A DNA stretch of 64,000 nucleotides from an uncultured Pseudomonadales bacterium (GTDB lineage Bacteria > Patescibacteriota > Microgenomatia > UBA1400 > UBA1396): the NCBI GenBank assembly GCA_964447905.1, contig CAYUUK010000004.1:14695-78694 (forward strand), written 5' to 3'. Shown here piece after piece: positions 48,909 to 58,183 of this stretch. The notes beneath the pieces are model-generated. The model searched no databases, had not been told where the DNA came from, and worked only from the letters and a program-made list of their open reading frames with translations. Positions within the stretch are counted from its first letter, which is position 1, and each line of letters starts with the position of its first letter. The translations under genes were made by a program, and so were the position numbers.

Positions 48909-50051
48909 TTATATACTTTCTGGATAACTGGTAGTGAGGGTGAGTTGACGGGTGTTTTCACTGGAACTGGAAAAGGCAACGTGTACCACTACTGCTTTAC
49001 TGCGCCACTCTTGTAAAAACGCACTGTCCAAAGCTGCCCACTCGAGCACCACAATGCCAGAGCTCTCGAGCGCATCTTTCACTCCGAGTGTCGCGAGCTC
49101 TTCTTGATTTTCGATTCGCCAGGCGTCTACGTGGAGGAATGGAACGGTTTCTTTTTGGGCGGTAAAAGTATACTCATGCACGAGTGAGTATGAAGGAGAT
49201 TTCACCAGGTCAGGGGTTTTTACTCCCGCGGCAATTCCTTTGGTGAGGTGTGTTTTGCCACTTCCCATTTCACCGGTTAAAGCAAAAATAAGCGGTGTTT
49301 GTCCCCAGAAACTTTTGTATTTCGTGACGAGCTGCTGACCAAAGGCGAGTGTTTCTGCTGTCGATTCGGAAGTGAAGGTGGTGGTTTCTGGTAACTGAAT
49401 ACTTCCTTGGCGGATGATGCGTAACGTAGGTGCGCGAGCGTCAACAATAGTTGTGGGAAGAGCACTAGGGAGCGTACCGGCATCAAGTATGATTCCAACC
49501 ATCTCTTTTTGCTCAGGAGTGAAGTCTTCGAGAAGTTCATCAATGTTGTAGGGCTGTTTGCCATCAGACGGATTGGCTGAGGTGGCGGTGATGGGTTTTC
49601 CAAAGGCTTGTACCAATTCACAAACCAGGAGTGAGTCTGGGATGCGGATGCCGATGCTACCGTCTTCATTGGCGACGTGTGGCGCCAGTTTTCCTGTAAC
49701 AGCGTCAGAAATAACAGTCAAAGGGCCAGGCAAGTGATCTTGATAGAGTGTCTCGGCGGTTTCAGTAAGGTGTACGTATTGTAGCGCCATTTCTTGGTCG
49801 ACGACAGCAATCGAGAAGGGTTTATTTTGGCGATTTCCCTTGTAGGCACGCAAACGCTGTACTGCTTCATGAAGCGTAGCATCTGCTCCAATACCGTAGC
49901 AGGTTTCAGTGGGATAGATAACCAGTTGACCTTGATTGAGAGCTTCAACTGCTCGTTCTATTGCTCCCAGGAGCGGTGTAGTTGTCAGTGTAATTCGTTG
50001 CATGGTGATTTCTCCGTTGGACACTCCGTATTGTAGCAGGCGAAAAAACAA
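48909..50051 (-). CDS. Fused threonylcarbamoyl-AMP synthase (TsaC/Sua5 YrdC domain) and TsaE (YjeE P-loop ATPase)
   Basis: N-terminal YrdC 'VIYPTETCYGIGADA', 'KGNRQNKPFSIAV'. C-terminal TsaE 'FALTGEMGSGKTHLTKGIA', 'SPSYSLVHEY'. Immediately upstream of tsaD. Confidence 0.78.
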   Translation of the reverse strand: MFFRLLQYGVSNGEITMQRITLTTTPLLGAIERAVEALNQGQLVIYPTETCYGIGADATLHEAVQRLRAYKGNRQNKPFSIAVVDQEMALQYVHLTETAETLYQDHLPGPLTVISDAVTGKLAPHVANEDGSIGIRIPDSLLVCELVQAFGKPITATSANPSDGKQPYNIDELLEDFTPEQKEMVGIILDAGTLPSALPTTIVDARAPTLRIIRQGSIQLPETTTFTSESTAETLAFGQQLVTKYKSFWGQTPLIFALTGEMGSGKTHLTKGIAAGVKTPDLVKSPSYSLVHEYTFTAQKETVPFLHVDAWRIENQEELATLGVKDALESSGIVVLEWAALDSAFLQEWRSKAVVVHVAFSSSSENTRQLTLTTSYPESI

Positions 50052-50074
50052 AAAACTGGTATACTATCCGAGTT

Positions 50075-50860
50075 ATGAAGCGTTTACTCCATGTCATTTG
50101 TGACTACCAACCCGCCTCGCAAGAATTCGGAGAAATCCTCGAGCGTTTGTACACGCAAAACTGGGATCTCGATCTGAATATTATCCCCACCTCTATTCCA
50201 TCCCTCGATACCGTGGCTACCGGTTTCATGGTCTACCAATTTGCTCTCGGACAAAACCCACCAGGAACGGTCATGTACGTTAACACCGCTCCCCGCAAAG
50301 AGCAAAAAGCCGCTATGCAGAACAACGCTGGTGAAAAACTTGTCTACGCCAAACTCAAAAATGGGATCGAAATTGTCGCCGTGAACTCCGCTTACACCCT
50401 CTCTTTGGTGAAGCCATTTATTGAAAAATTGCATATTATTCAGGTGGAAAACGAAGGTTCTCAGTTCCGCTCACGTGACTTTTTCCCGAAAGCTGTCTCC
50501 GACATTCTCCACAACAAGCACGACGAGCGTTTGCTCGAAGAAGTTGACCCCGCTGGTTTACCAGACATGCCAGAAGGCATTGCCATGTGGATCGACGGCT
50601 TTGGCAACATCAAAACCAGCATCCGTAAATCCCAACGTGGTTTCAACGAAGGTGAAAAAGTACACATCAAGATTAACGGCATTCGCCGCGCCGCTTTAGT
50701 AACCGGTGGCAGCTTTTCTGTGGATGAAGGCGAACTCGCGTACTCTGTAGGCAGCTCTGGTCATGATGATCCATTTATGGAAATTTTCTTACGTGGTGGT
50801 TCCGCTCACAGCCTCTTTGGCAACCCCACTTCTGGTGCAAAGGTCATAGTCGAAGAGTAA
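50075..50860 (+). CDS. SAM hydroxide adenosyltransferase family protein (DUF62; fluorinase/chlorinase SalL-like fold)
   Basis: 'FRSRDFFPKA', 'MWIDGFGNIKTSI' (matching the DUF62 'IDRFGNLITNI'), 'VGSSGHDDPFMEIFLRGGSA' C-terminal motif. Confidence 0.6.
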   Translation: MKRLLHVICDYQPASQEFGEILERLYTQNWDLDLNIIPTSIPSLDTVATGFMVYQFALGQNPPGTVMYVNTAPRKEQKAAMQNNAGEKLVYAKLKNGIEIVAVNSAYTLSLVKPFIEKLHIIQVENEGSQFRSRDFFPKAVSDILHNKHDERLLEEVDPAGLPDMPEGIAMWIDGFGNIKTSIRKSQRGFNEGEKVHIKINGIRRAALVTGGSFSVDEGELAYSVGSSGHDDPFMEIFLRGGSAHSLFGNPTSGAKVIVEE

Positions 50861-50869
50861 AATACTCTC

Positions 50870-51982
50870 ATGGATCTCAAAGCGACGCTGCAACGTGTAC
50901 AAGAGCTGAGTGCTCAAGATATTGCGTCCTATTTCGTTGAGTATCATCCCAAAATTGCTGATATTCCCGATCCTTGGGCAGAGAGAGTTATTTCGTGGAT
51001 TGAAGAGTATGTAAATCGGCCAGGTGGGAAAGCCCTCCGACCACTTCTGGTGGCAGTTGGCGCCGCTATGAGCCAAAACATTTCGGTTGACGCTGCTTTA
51101 CAGCAGAGCGCGGTGCGGCAGCTCATGCTCGCCGTGGAACTCAACCATAAACGTATTCTTATGGCCGATGACGTGGCCGATCAAGATGAGTTACGCCATG
51201 GCGGACCAGCTCTGCACATCTTTATTGCCAGGAAGCTGCGGGAGTTTACACAGTACGCTCATTTGCCAGAGGAGCAACTCACACACATTGCTCGTTCCTA
51301 CACCGAAGTCGCTGGTATTTGGCTGCATGCCATGATTGCTGACATAATGATGAATCTAGAAGTATCTTCAGCTCAACGCCAGCAGATGAGCCGTATCTTT
51401 TTGCACCTTACGTACGATATGACCGCCACAGGTTGGTATACCCTGTTGGATCAAAATTTTATTGCGCTGAGTGATGCGCGCGAAGATGTGTTTTTGCAAG
51501 GGTTGCGTTTAGTAACCGGTGAGTACACCTTTGTTTCTCCTTTACTGCTGGGCGCCACCCTTGGTGAAAAATATGCTGAATTTGAGCCTGCTTTTACTGA
51601 GTATGGTCGTAATGCCGGAATCCTCTTCCAAATTACTGATGACTTGATCGGGTTATTTGGGGATCCAGAAAAGACCGGAAAGCCGGTCGGAAATGACTTG
51701 CGGGAAGGCAAGAAAACACTGTTAGTACAGTATGCAGCTGCCCACGCGAGTGTCGCGGAGCGTAAACGCCTGGCCACTGTTTTGCAGAACCCAGATATTA
51801 CCGCCGATGATGTTAGTTGGGTGCAGACGTTGGTGAAAGAGTCTGGTGCAGAGAAGCAAACCCGCCAGAAAGCAGCTGAGTACCTGATGGTGGCAGAGGA
51901 GGCTCTAGCGGATATTCCTGAGAGCCCATCTGTTGATTTGCTGCGTGAAATTATTCGGTATGTCTTACACCGTTCGCGTTGA
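50870..51982 (+). CDS. Polyprenyl diphosphate synthase (trans-isoprenyl diphosphate synthase family)
   Basis: First Asp-rich motif 'LMADDVADQDELRHG'; second 'ITDDLIGLFGD'; 'GKPVGNDLREGKKT'. Confidence 0.8.
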   Translation: MDLKATLQRVQELSAQDIASYFVEYHPKIADIPDPWAERVISWIEEYVNRPGGKALRPLLVAVGAAMSQNISVDAALQQSAVRQLMLAVELNHKRILMADDVADQDELRHGGPALHIFIARKLREFTQYAHLPEEQLTHIARSYTEVAGIWLHAMIADIMMNLEVSSAQRQQMSRIFLHLTYDMTATGWYTLLDQNFIALSDAREDVFLQGLRLVTGEYTFVSPLLLGATLGEKYAEFEPAFTEYGRNAGILFQITDDLIGLFGDPEKTGKPVGNDLREGKKTLLVQYAAAHASVAERKRLATVLQNPDITADDVSWVQTLVKESGAEKQTRQKAAEYLMVAEEALADIPESPSVDLLREIIRYVLHRSR

Positions 51983-52053
51983 GCGGCCGGTTTGTGTTCC
52001 TGCTGTTTCCACTGTATGACAAAGTGTGATACTTTACACTCAGTCAGGAATGC

Positions 52054-52869
52054 ATGAAAACACGTCTCACTATTACTTTGTCTGAATCGACCCTCAGGAA
52101 AATTGATCTCCTTATCGACAAAAAGCACATTCGCAGTCGTTCCCATGCCATAGAACACTTGCTCCAAAAAAGCCTTGAACCAAGCATCAACACCGCAATT
52201 ATTTTGGCAGGAGGGGATAAGCACACGCAGCGACCATCTCGACCGCTGACTTTGCTCAACGAAAAGCCTCTGATAGTGCATACCCTGAGTCACCTCAAGA
52301 ACTATGGGGTGCGAAGGGTGATTATTGCTACCGATGAAAACGGCAAAGATATCCAAGAACTCGTCGGAGATGGGAAAGAGTTTGGGTTGCAGGTGGAGTA
52401 TGTGTTTGAAGAGGCTGCCGCTGGCACGGCCGGCGCCATCAGACAAGCAGCTAGCAGGTTTTCTCTTCAGGATCCTTTTTTTGTTATCGCCGGCGATGTT
52501 TTGACCACTATCGACTTGGATGCTCTTGCTGAGTTTCACACGCAGCACGGAGGACTTCTGACCATGGCTGTAAAACCCCGCAGCACTTTATCGACCTACG
52601 ATAACGTGTTCATTGAGGGGTACACAGTTGTTGACTTCCAACAGAGCCAACCGGAACAGACAGTGAGTATCGTGAATGCTGGTGTCTACTTGTGTGAATC
52701 AGAAGTGCTGGAGTGGATACCCAAAACCAAGCCCGCTATGCTCGAAACCGACGTATTTCCAGCCTTGGCACGCAGTCGCAAGCTGTTGGCCTTTCCATTC
52801 CAGGGACTGTGGTTTGACATCACCTCTGATAAAAATTACCAAGAAGCGCTCGAAAAACTCGGGTACTAG
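52054..52869 (+). CDS. Ribbon-helix-helix (CopG/Arc-like) domain fused to a sugar-phosphate nucleotidyltransferase
   Basis: N-terminal 'TRLTITLSESTLRKIDLLIDKKHIRSRSHAIEHLLQKS' RHH. Then 'AIILAGGDKHTQRPSRPLTLLNEKPLI...IAGDVL' NTP_transferase (RmlA/GCD1-like) core. Confidence 0.55.
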   Translation: MKTRLTITLSESTLRKIDLLIDKKHIRSRSHAIEHLLQKSLEPSINTAIILAGGDKHTQRPSRPLTLLNEKPLIVHTLSHLKNYGVRRVIIATDENGKDIQELVGDGKEFGLQVEYVFEEAAAGTAGAIRQAASRFSLQDPFFVIAGDVLTTIDLDALAEFHTQHGGLLTMAVKPRSTLSTYDNVFIEGYTVVDFQQSQPEQTVSIVNAGVYLCESEVLEWIPKTKPAMLETDVFPALARSRKLLAFPFQGLWFDITSDKNYQEALEKLGY

Positions 52870-52902
52870 GTCGCTAGCCAAACGATCCGCTTTTGGTGGA
52901 GT

Positions 52903-55341
52903 TTACTTCCCGACAAGGACTTGGTCCAAGACTTCACTCACGTGCTCAACCGGCACAATAGTAATATCTTTTTTGACCTTTTCGGGAACATCGACCAGAT
53001 CTTTTTCGTTTTGCTTAGGAATGAATGCCACCGTCACACCGGCGCGGTGAGCCGCGATCAGTTTTTCTTTGAGACCACCAATTGCGAGTACTCGGCCGCG
53101 CAGCGTTACTTCTCCGGTCATAGCCACCGTATGGCGAATTTTCTTCTCCGCAAATACAGAAGTGATGACTGTGGTGAGGGCAATACCGGCAGATGGTCCA
53201 TCTTTCGGCACAGCACCCTCTGGAGCATGAATGTGGACGTGGTTGTGCTTAAACGCCTGCGGCGTAATTCCTAGGTCTTCCGCGTGCGATCGTACGTATG
53301 TATACGCTGCTTTGACAGATTCCTTCATAACGTCACCGAGCTGGCCGGTGATGGTGTAGCCTTCTTGGCCAGTCGCTAGTGCGGCCTCAATGTGGAGTAC
53401 CTCGCCGCCGGTGCTTGTCCAGGCTAAGCCGTTGACGAGACCGATTTGGTCCTCGAGCTCCATCAGAGTGTCGAGCACTTTCTGTGGTCCGAGATAGTCA
53501 CTGACGGTACGTTTTTCGATTTTCACATTTTTTGATTCTTTTTCAGCGATTTGACGAGCCACTTTTCTGGCAACCTTGGCAATCTCACGTTTGAGAGAAC
53601 GAACACCGGCTTCGCGGGTGTAGTGTTCAATAATTTCGCGCAGAGCGCCATCGGTCAAAGAGAACTGTGTTTTCTTCAAACCGGCACCCTCGCGCACTTG
53701 CTCAAGTAAGTACTGCTGAGCAATATTGAACTTCTCATCGTAGGTATAGCCAGAGTACTCAACAATTTCAAGCCGATCACGCAGTGGACCGGGAATGGTG
53801 TGTAGCACGTTGGCGGTGGTAATAAACATTACATCAGATAGGTCAAATGGTTCGCCGAGATAGTGGTCAGTAAACTCAAAGTTTTGTTCGGGGTCCAGCG
53901 ATTCGAGCAGGGCGGCGGAAGGGTCACCGCGGAAGTCAGAGCCAAGTTTATCGACCTCGTCGAGCATGAAAACAGGGTTTTTCGTGCCCGCTTGCGCCAT
54001 GCCTTGCATGATTTTTCCGGGCATAGCACCCACATAGGTTCGACGGTGTCCGCGAATTTCTGCCTCATCGTGCACACCTCCAAGAGACACTTTCACAAAC
54101 TCTCGACCCAGTGATTCCGCAATAGAGCGACCAATAGAGGTTTTTCCTACACCTGGCGGCCCTACAAAACAGAGAATAGTCGGGAGGACATTTTTTCGCG
54201 GAGATGAGTCAGTGTCTTTTTTCTTCTTGGAACTTTTGGAGGTGTCTTGTTCGCGCAGCTTCATCACGGCCAGGTGCTCGAGTACGCGTTCTTTTACTTT
54301 CTCGAGACCGTAGTGTTGTTGATCAAGAATCTTGGCAGCTCGCTTCAGGGAAGTTCGACCGCGAGACTTTTTGCTCCAAGGCATGTCGAGCATTGATTCC
54401 AGCCAACTCATGACGTATGAGTACTCCGAGTGCATCGGTGACATTTGGCGAAGTCGGCGCAGTTCTTTGGTAACTTTTTCTTCTACCTTTTTCGGCATGC
54501 GCGCTTTTTGGATACGTTCTTCGAGTTCGTCGAGCTCTTCTTCTTCGTCAAGTTCTCCGAGTTCTCGCTGAATAGCCTGCATGCGCTCACGCAAGACGTT
54601 TTCTCTCATGCGCTCGTCGATTTGTTTCTTTGTTTCGCTATTAATCTTTTGTTCAATATTGAGGATGTGTTGTTCGCGAGTTAAATGCGCTATGACTGCT
54701 TTTACCCGTTTGTTTACATCGAGTTGCTCGAGCAGTCGCTGTTTGTCTGGCGTGGGAATATCAAGAGCAGCGGCAATGTGATCAATCAGGTCTTTGGACT
54801 GGAGACCTCCAACCAACTGCATAAAGTTGAAAAACTCCACGGCTTTGCCTGATTGGACCGTTTTGCGGAAGAGGTTTGCCAAGTGTTTGAGTGAGGCCTC
54901 GAACTCGTCGGTTTGTTTCAGTTTTTCTTCGAGCTGCTCGACAACCACTACTGGAAATGGTTCTTCTTGTTGGAACGATTGAATGCGTACCCGGCGAATA
55001 CCTCTCAAGAGAGCGTGTGTTTCACCTTCGTGCTGCAGTGTTCTCTCAATTCGTGCTAAAGTTCCGATTTGGTAGAGATCCTTGGGTTTTGGTGATTCTA
55101 GAGAACTCTTCTTTTGTGCCACGATAACCACATATTTATGTGATCCCTGGGCTGCATTTAAGGCGAGCTGTGACTGTTCTCGACCAAAAACAAGCACCGT
55201 TTCGGTGTTGGGAAAGAGCACACCCTCGCGCAGAGCGATCAATGGAAGTAAAGCTGGTGAATCATTCTTTACCGGCGATTTTTCCGAGGAGTTTTCGGGA
55301 GAGGCATTTTTTACTGATGAGTGTCGAATGCTGATAGCCAT
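52903..55341 (-). CDS. lon: ATP-dependent Lon protease (full length: N domain, AAA+ and S16 protease)
   Basis: LON N-terminal 'LPLIALREGVLFPN'; AAA+ 'GPPGVGKTSIGRSIAESL', 'VFMLDEVDKL'; protease 'DGPSAGIALTTVITS' Ser site and the downstream Lys region. Confidence 0.95.
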   Translation of the reverse strand: MAISIRHSSVKNASPENSSEKSPVKNDSPALLPLIALREGVLFPNTETVLVFGREQSQLALNAAQGSHKYVVIVAQKKSSLESPKPKDLYQIGTLARIERTLQHEGETHALLRGIRRVRIQSFQQEEPFPVVVVEQLEEKLKQTDEFEASLKHLANLFRKTVQSGKAVEFFNFMQLVGGLQSKDLIDHIAAALDIPTPDKQRLLEQLDVNKRVKAVIAHLTREQHILNIEQKINSETKKQIDERMRENVLRERMQAIQRELGELDEEEELDELEERIQKARMPKKVEEKVTKELRRLRQMSPMHSEYSYVMSWLESMLDMPWSKKSRGRTSLKRAAKILDQQHYGLEKVKERVLEHLAVMKLREQDTSKSSKKKKDTDSSPRKNVLPTILCFVGPPGVGKTSIGRSIAESLGREFVKVSLGGVHDEAEIRGHRRTYVGAMPGKIMQGMAQAGTKNPVFMLDEVDKLGSDFRGDPSAALLESLDPEQNFEFTDHYLGEPFDLSDVMFITTANVLHTIPGPLRDRLEIVEYSGYTYDEKFNIAQQYLLEQVREGAGLKKTQFSLTDGALREIIEHYTREAGVRSLKREIAKVARKVARQIAEKESKNVKIEKRTVSDYLGPQKVLDTLMELEDQIGLVNGLAWTSTGGEVLHIEAALATGQEGYTITGQLGDVMKESVKAAYTYVRSHAEDLGITPQAFKHNHVHIHAPEGAVPKDGPSAGIALTTVITSVFAEKKIRHTVAMTGEVTLRGRVLAIGGLKEKLIAAHRAGVTVAFIPKQNEKDLVDVPEKVKKDITIVPVEHVSEVLDQVLVGK

Positions 55342-55410
55342 AATGTGTAATTTTTGCCCATTTTACTGTTATTTTGTTGATTTCATGACCCTTTTTAGGG
55401 GAGCATGGAA

Positions 55411-55437
55411 TTAGCATTGTATATAAGTGAGTGCTAA
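55411..55437 (-). promoter_or_regulatory. CIRCE operator (TTAGCAtTg-N9-GAGTGCTAA) upstream of lon
   Basis: Near-perfect match to the CIRCE consensus with the correct 9-nt spacer, about 70 nt upstream of the lon start on the lon strand side. Confidence 0.7.
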
Positions 55438-55734
55438 AAATCAAGCTATGTGTTTGATAGAGAGTGATCGAGTTTTACACAAGAATCATTTGCCAACTAA
55501 TGAGGACAGTAGCAATGACGGTGAGCCAAAAGACCAAGAAAAACCAGTAAAAAGAAAAATCTCTCGTCGAAGAGTGCTCATGCTGAGGCGCAGAGTGTTG
55601 AGAATCCGGTACTGAGTGCAGAGTTCCTGGCGGCATTGTGTCCGTGTCTCTCGACTGTGAGGTGTTTTTTAGCCAGCGCATACTGCTATTGTAGCGAATT
55701 TTTGTTCGGTGCGCAGAAGGCAATTGTTTTTTGG

Positions 55735-55764
55735 TTTACACGCTTATTTGCAAAGATGTATAAT
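55735..55764 (+). promoter_or_regulatory. Putative sigma70 promoter for rny (-35 TTTACA, 18-nt spacer, extended -10 TGTATAAT)
   Basis: Hexamers read directly from the sequence, about 150 nt upstream of the rny ATG. Confidence 0.4.
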
Positions 55765-55916
55765 ACGGTCTACAGTTACGAATAACTACGTACTACTAAC
55801 GAAACAACACGTATACCTACTACTCATGACATTCTCAAGAAATACACAATTGTCGAGATTTCGAGCACCTGAAAACGGTGTCTTGGGTGGTGGGACCATA
55901 CTAAAGGAGTTTTCCC

Positions 55917-57647
55917 ATGTCATTCTTTCGATCGTTCTCGCAGGTTCTGCAGTCCAACAAATCGGACGAACAAGCTGATTCTCAGCAGTCTTCCTCAGTA
56001 AAAAGCAAAAAATCCTCTCGCCGCCGCCGTCCGAGTCGTGCTGCGCGTGCAGAAAAGCCACAAGCGAAGCAAGAAAAAGCCCCACAGGCGGCCAACTCTC
56101 AAGGCAGTTATCTGCAGAAGAGCAAAAAGAAAAAAGCGGCCCGAACTAAACAAAACAAGGCCCAGCAGGCGCAAGCTCGTCAGCAAGAGTATCGTGAGCA
56201 GCAGCTCGTGAAAGAAAAGCTAGCCGACGCTGAAAAAGAAGCCCAAAAAATTGTCCAAGATGCCCAAGGAAAAGCCCGAGAAATCCTCTTGGAGGCGAAA
56301 TCCGAAGCCCTGCAAGTTCGCGAAGAAGCTGAGCGTGATGCCAAGCAAGAGCTCGAGAAACTGGATCAGCAGCAGAAAAATCTCGATCGCCAAATCTCCA
56401 GTATTAATGATCGCCTGAAGCAGGTGGATCGTCGCGAAAGCCTGCTTGATGAAAAGCGGGATGAGCTTGAGCGCCGCAAAGCAGAGGTAGAAGAGAAACG
56501 AGCCGAGCTGATTGATGAGCTTGAGAACATTGGTGGTCTTACCCGAGATGAGGCACGTCAAGAAATCCTCACTCGTTTGGAGCGTACTGTCGATAAGCAA
56601 GCTGCTCTTATGATTCAACAAAAGGTAGAAGCAGCACAACAAGAAGCTGATGATAAGGCTAAAGAATTATTGGTCGATGCCATGAAACATGGTGCTACTG
56701 ACTACGTGCCCGAATTTACTATTTCAGTGGTTAAACTGCCAGATGCTGATATGAAAGGTCGAATCATCGGAAAAGATGGTCGAAATATTCGTGCCTTTGA
56801 GCGCGCCACTGGCGTAGACGTTGAGTTAGACGAGACTCCAAATGAAGTTCGTCTTTCTTCGTTTGATCCGGTTCGCCGAGAAATTGCTCGTATTTCCTTA
56901 GAACGCTTGCTCAAAGATGGTCGCATTCAGCCTACTCGGATTGATGAGGTGGTGAAAAAGGTGACGAAAGAGCTCGATAAAATCATGTTTGAAGAGGGGA
57001 AACGCCTCTGTCATAAAGTTGGTGTGTATAACATGCCAAACGAGATTATGGGGCGTTTGGGTCGCTTTAAATACCGTTTTTCATATGGTCAGAACCTTAT
57101 TCAGCACACTTTGGAAGAAACCCAAATTGGTATTAAATTAGCCCAAGAACTCGGACTTGATGTGCGCACAGTAACCATGGGTTGTTTACTGCATGACATC
57201 GGTAAAGTCATTGAGGGCGAAGGAAATCACGTTGACCTCGGTGTACGCTACTTGCAAAAGCACAATTTTCCGCAAGAAATCGTTGATTGTGTGGCCCAAC
57301 ACCACGAAGATGAACCATTTACTTCTTTGGAATCCGTGTTAGTCTATATATCCGACGCAATTTCTGGTTCTCGACCAGGGGCGCGGAATGAAAATCATGA
57401 AGAATACGTGCAGCGATTGCAGAAACTGGAAGAGATTGCTGATTCGTACGAGGGAGTGGAGAAATCCTTTGCTATACAAGCAGGTCGTGAAGTTCGTGTT
57501 ATACTAAAAGCCGATAAATCTTCCGATCGTGACGTAAATGTCATTGCGACCCAAATAGCCGCTCGATACGAGGAAGACATGACCTATCCAGGAACAGTCA
57601 CTGTTAATGTCATCCGCGAGGTTCGCGGCGGCGCAGTAGCCAAATAA
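55917..57647 (+). CDS. rny: Ribonuclease Y
   Basis: Long coiled-coil, KH domain 'IIGKDGRNIRAFE', HD domain 'LLHDIGKV...H'. The N-terminus is basic and low-complexity rather than a TM helix. Confidence 0.9.
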   Translation: MSFFRSFSQVLQSNKSDEQADSQQSSSVKSKKSSRRRRPSRAARAEKPQAKQEKAPQAANSQGSYLQKSKKKKAARTKQNKAQQAQARQQEYREQQLVKEKLADAEKEAQKIVQDAQGKAREILLEAKSEALQVREEAERDAKQELEKLDQQQKNLDRQISSINDRLKQVDRRESLLDEKRDELERRKAEVEEKRAELIDELENIGGLTRDEARQEILTRLERTVDKQAALMIQQKVEAAQQEADDKAKELLVDAMKHGATDYVPEFTISVVKLPDADMKGRIIGKDGRNIRAFERATGVDVELDETPNEVRLSSFDPVRREIARISLERLLKDGRIQPTRIDEVVKKVTKELDKIMFEEGKRLCHKVGVYNMPNEIMGRLGRFKYRFSYGQNLIQHTLEETQIGIKLAQELGLDVRTVTMGCLLHDIGKVIEGEGNHVDLGVRYLQKHNFPQEIVDCVAQHHEDEPFTSLESVLVYISDAISGSRPGARNENHEEYVQRLQKLEEIADSYEGVEKSFAIQAGREVRVILKADKSSDRDVNVIATQIAARYEEDMTYPGTVTVNVIREVRGGAVAK

Positions 57648-57671
57648 AAAAAAGACGTAAAAGGAGTAGGG

Positions 57672-57947
57672 ATGAATAAATCTGACCTTATTGCTGTCGT
57701 CGCCAAGAAAGCGAACTTGACGCAAAAAGCGGCCAAGGAAGCTATCGAAGTATTCTTGGAAGAGACGACTCGTTCCTTAGGAAAGGGCCAAAAAGTTTTG
57801 TGGTCCGGCTTTGGAACATTTGATGTCCGTAAAGTAGCGGACAAGCGCGTGGTCCCATTCGGCCGCGAAGAACTGACTCGTGTTATTAAGAGTCACAACG
57901 TTGTTAACTTCAAGGCTGGTAAGCCACTGAAGGACGCGGTGAAGTAA
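57672..57947 (+). CDS. hup: DNA-binding protein HU
   Basis: 'MNKSDLIAVVAKKANLTQKAAKEAIEVFLEE...GFGTFDVRKVADKRVVPFG' HU/IHF family signature; 91 aa. Confidence 0.9.
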   Translation: MNKSDLIAVVAKKANLTQKAAKEAIEVFLEETTRSLGKGQKVLWSGFGTFDVRKVADKRVVPFGREELTRVIKSHNVVNFKAGKPLKDAVK

Positions 57948-58008
57948 GCACTGGAATAAAACTTACGTAATAAGTGTGCTGCACAGACTGTACACTACCA
58001 CACAAGGA

Positions 58009-58037
58009 GCGACTCGCCGCGAGGCGGGTCGCTTTTT
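58009..58037 (+). terminator. Rho-independent terminator downstream of hup
   Basis: GCGACTCGCC-gcga-GGCGGGTCGC followed by TTTTT. Confidence 0.5.
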
Positions 58038-58058
58038 GGATTGGGGGGAGTTGTGGCT

Positions 58059-58142
58059 GGGTTTCTCCTAAATAATTTTTACCTCAGGAAGGAGAATCCT
58101 AGGATTCTCCTTCCTGAGGTAGTTCGACAATAGGAGAAACCC
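58059..58142. repeat. Nested inverted-repeat element: 12-bp IR (GGGTTTCTCCTA / TAGGAGAAACCC) flanking a 40-nt perfect palindrome (58081-58120) centred on CCTAGG
   Basis: The segment at 58081-58120 equals its own reverse complement. The outer 12-mers at 58059-58070 and 58131-58142 are exact reverse complements, and the 10-nt spacers between them and the palindrome are unrelated to each other. Confidence 0.6.
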
Positions 58143-58183
58143 ATTCCATCTATTATTAAAAAAACAATTCCTTAAACAAAAAG

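Noticed and set aside
51451-52548. 365-aa minus-strand ORF spanning the polyprenyl synthase and RHH-NTP-transferase genes
   Set aside because: Overlaps two well-supported plus-strand genes; translation is Ser/Arg/Cys-rich nonsense.
55475-55723. 82-aa minus-strand ORF with one hydrophobic helix in the lon-rny intergenic region
   Set aside because: Sits across the predicted lon CIRCE/promoter and rny promoter region, has no RBS and a Ser/His-rich N-terminus; more likely non-coding regulatory DNA.
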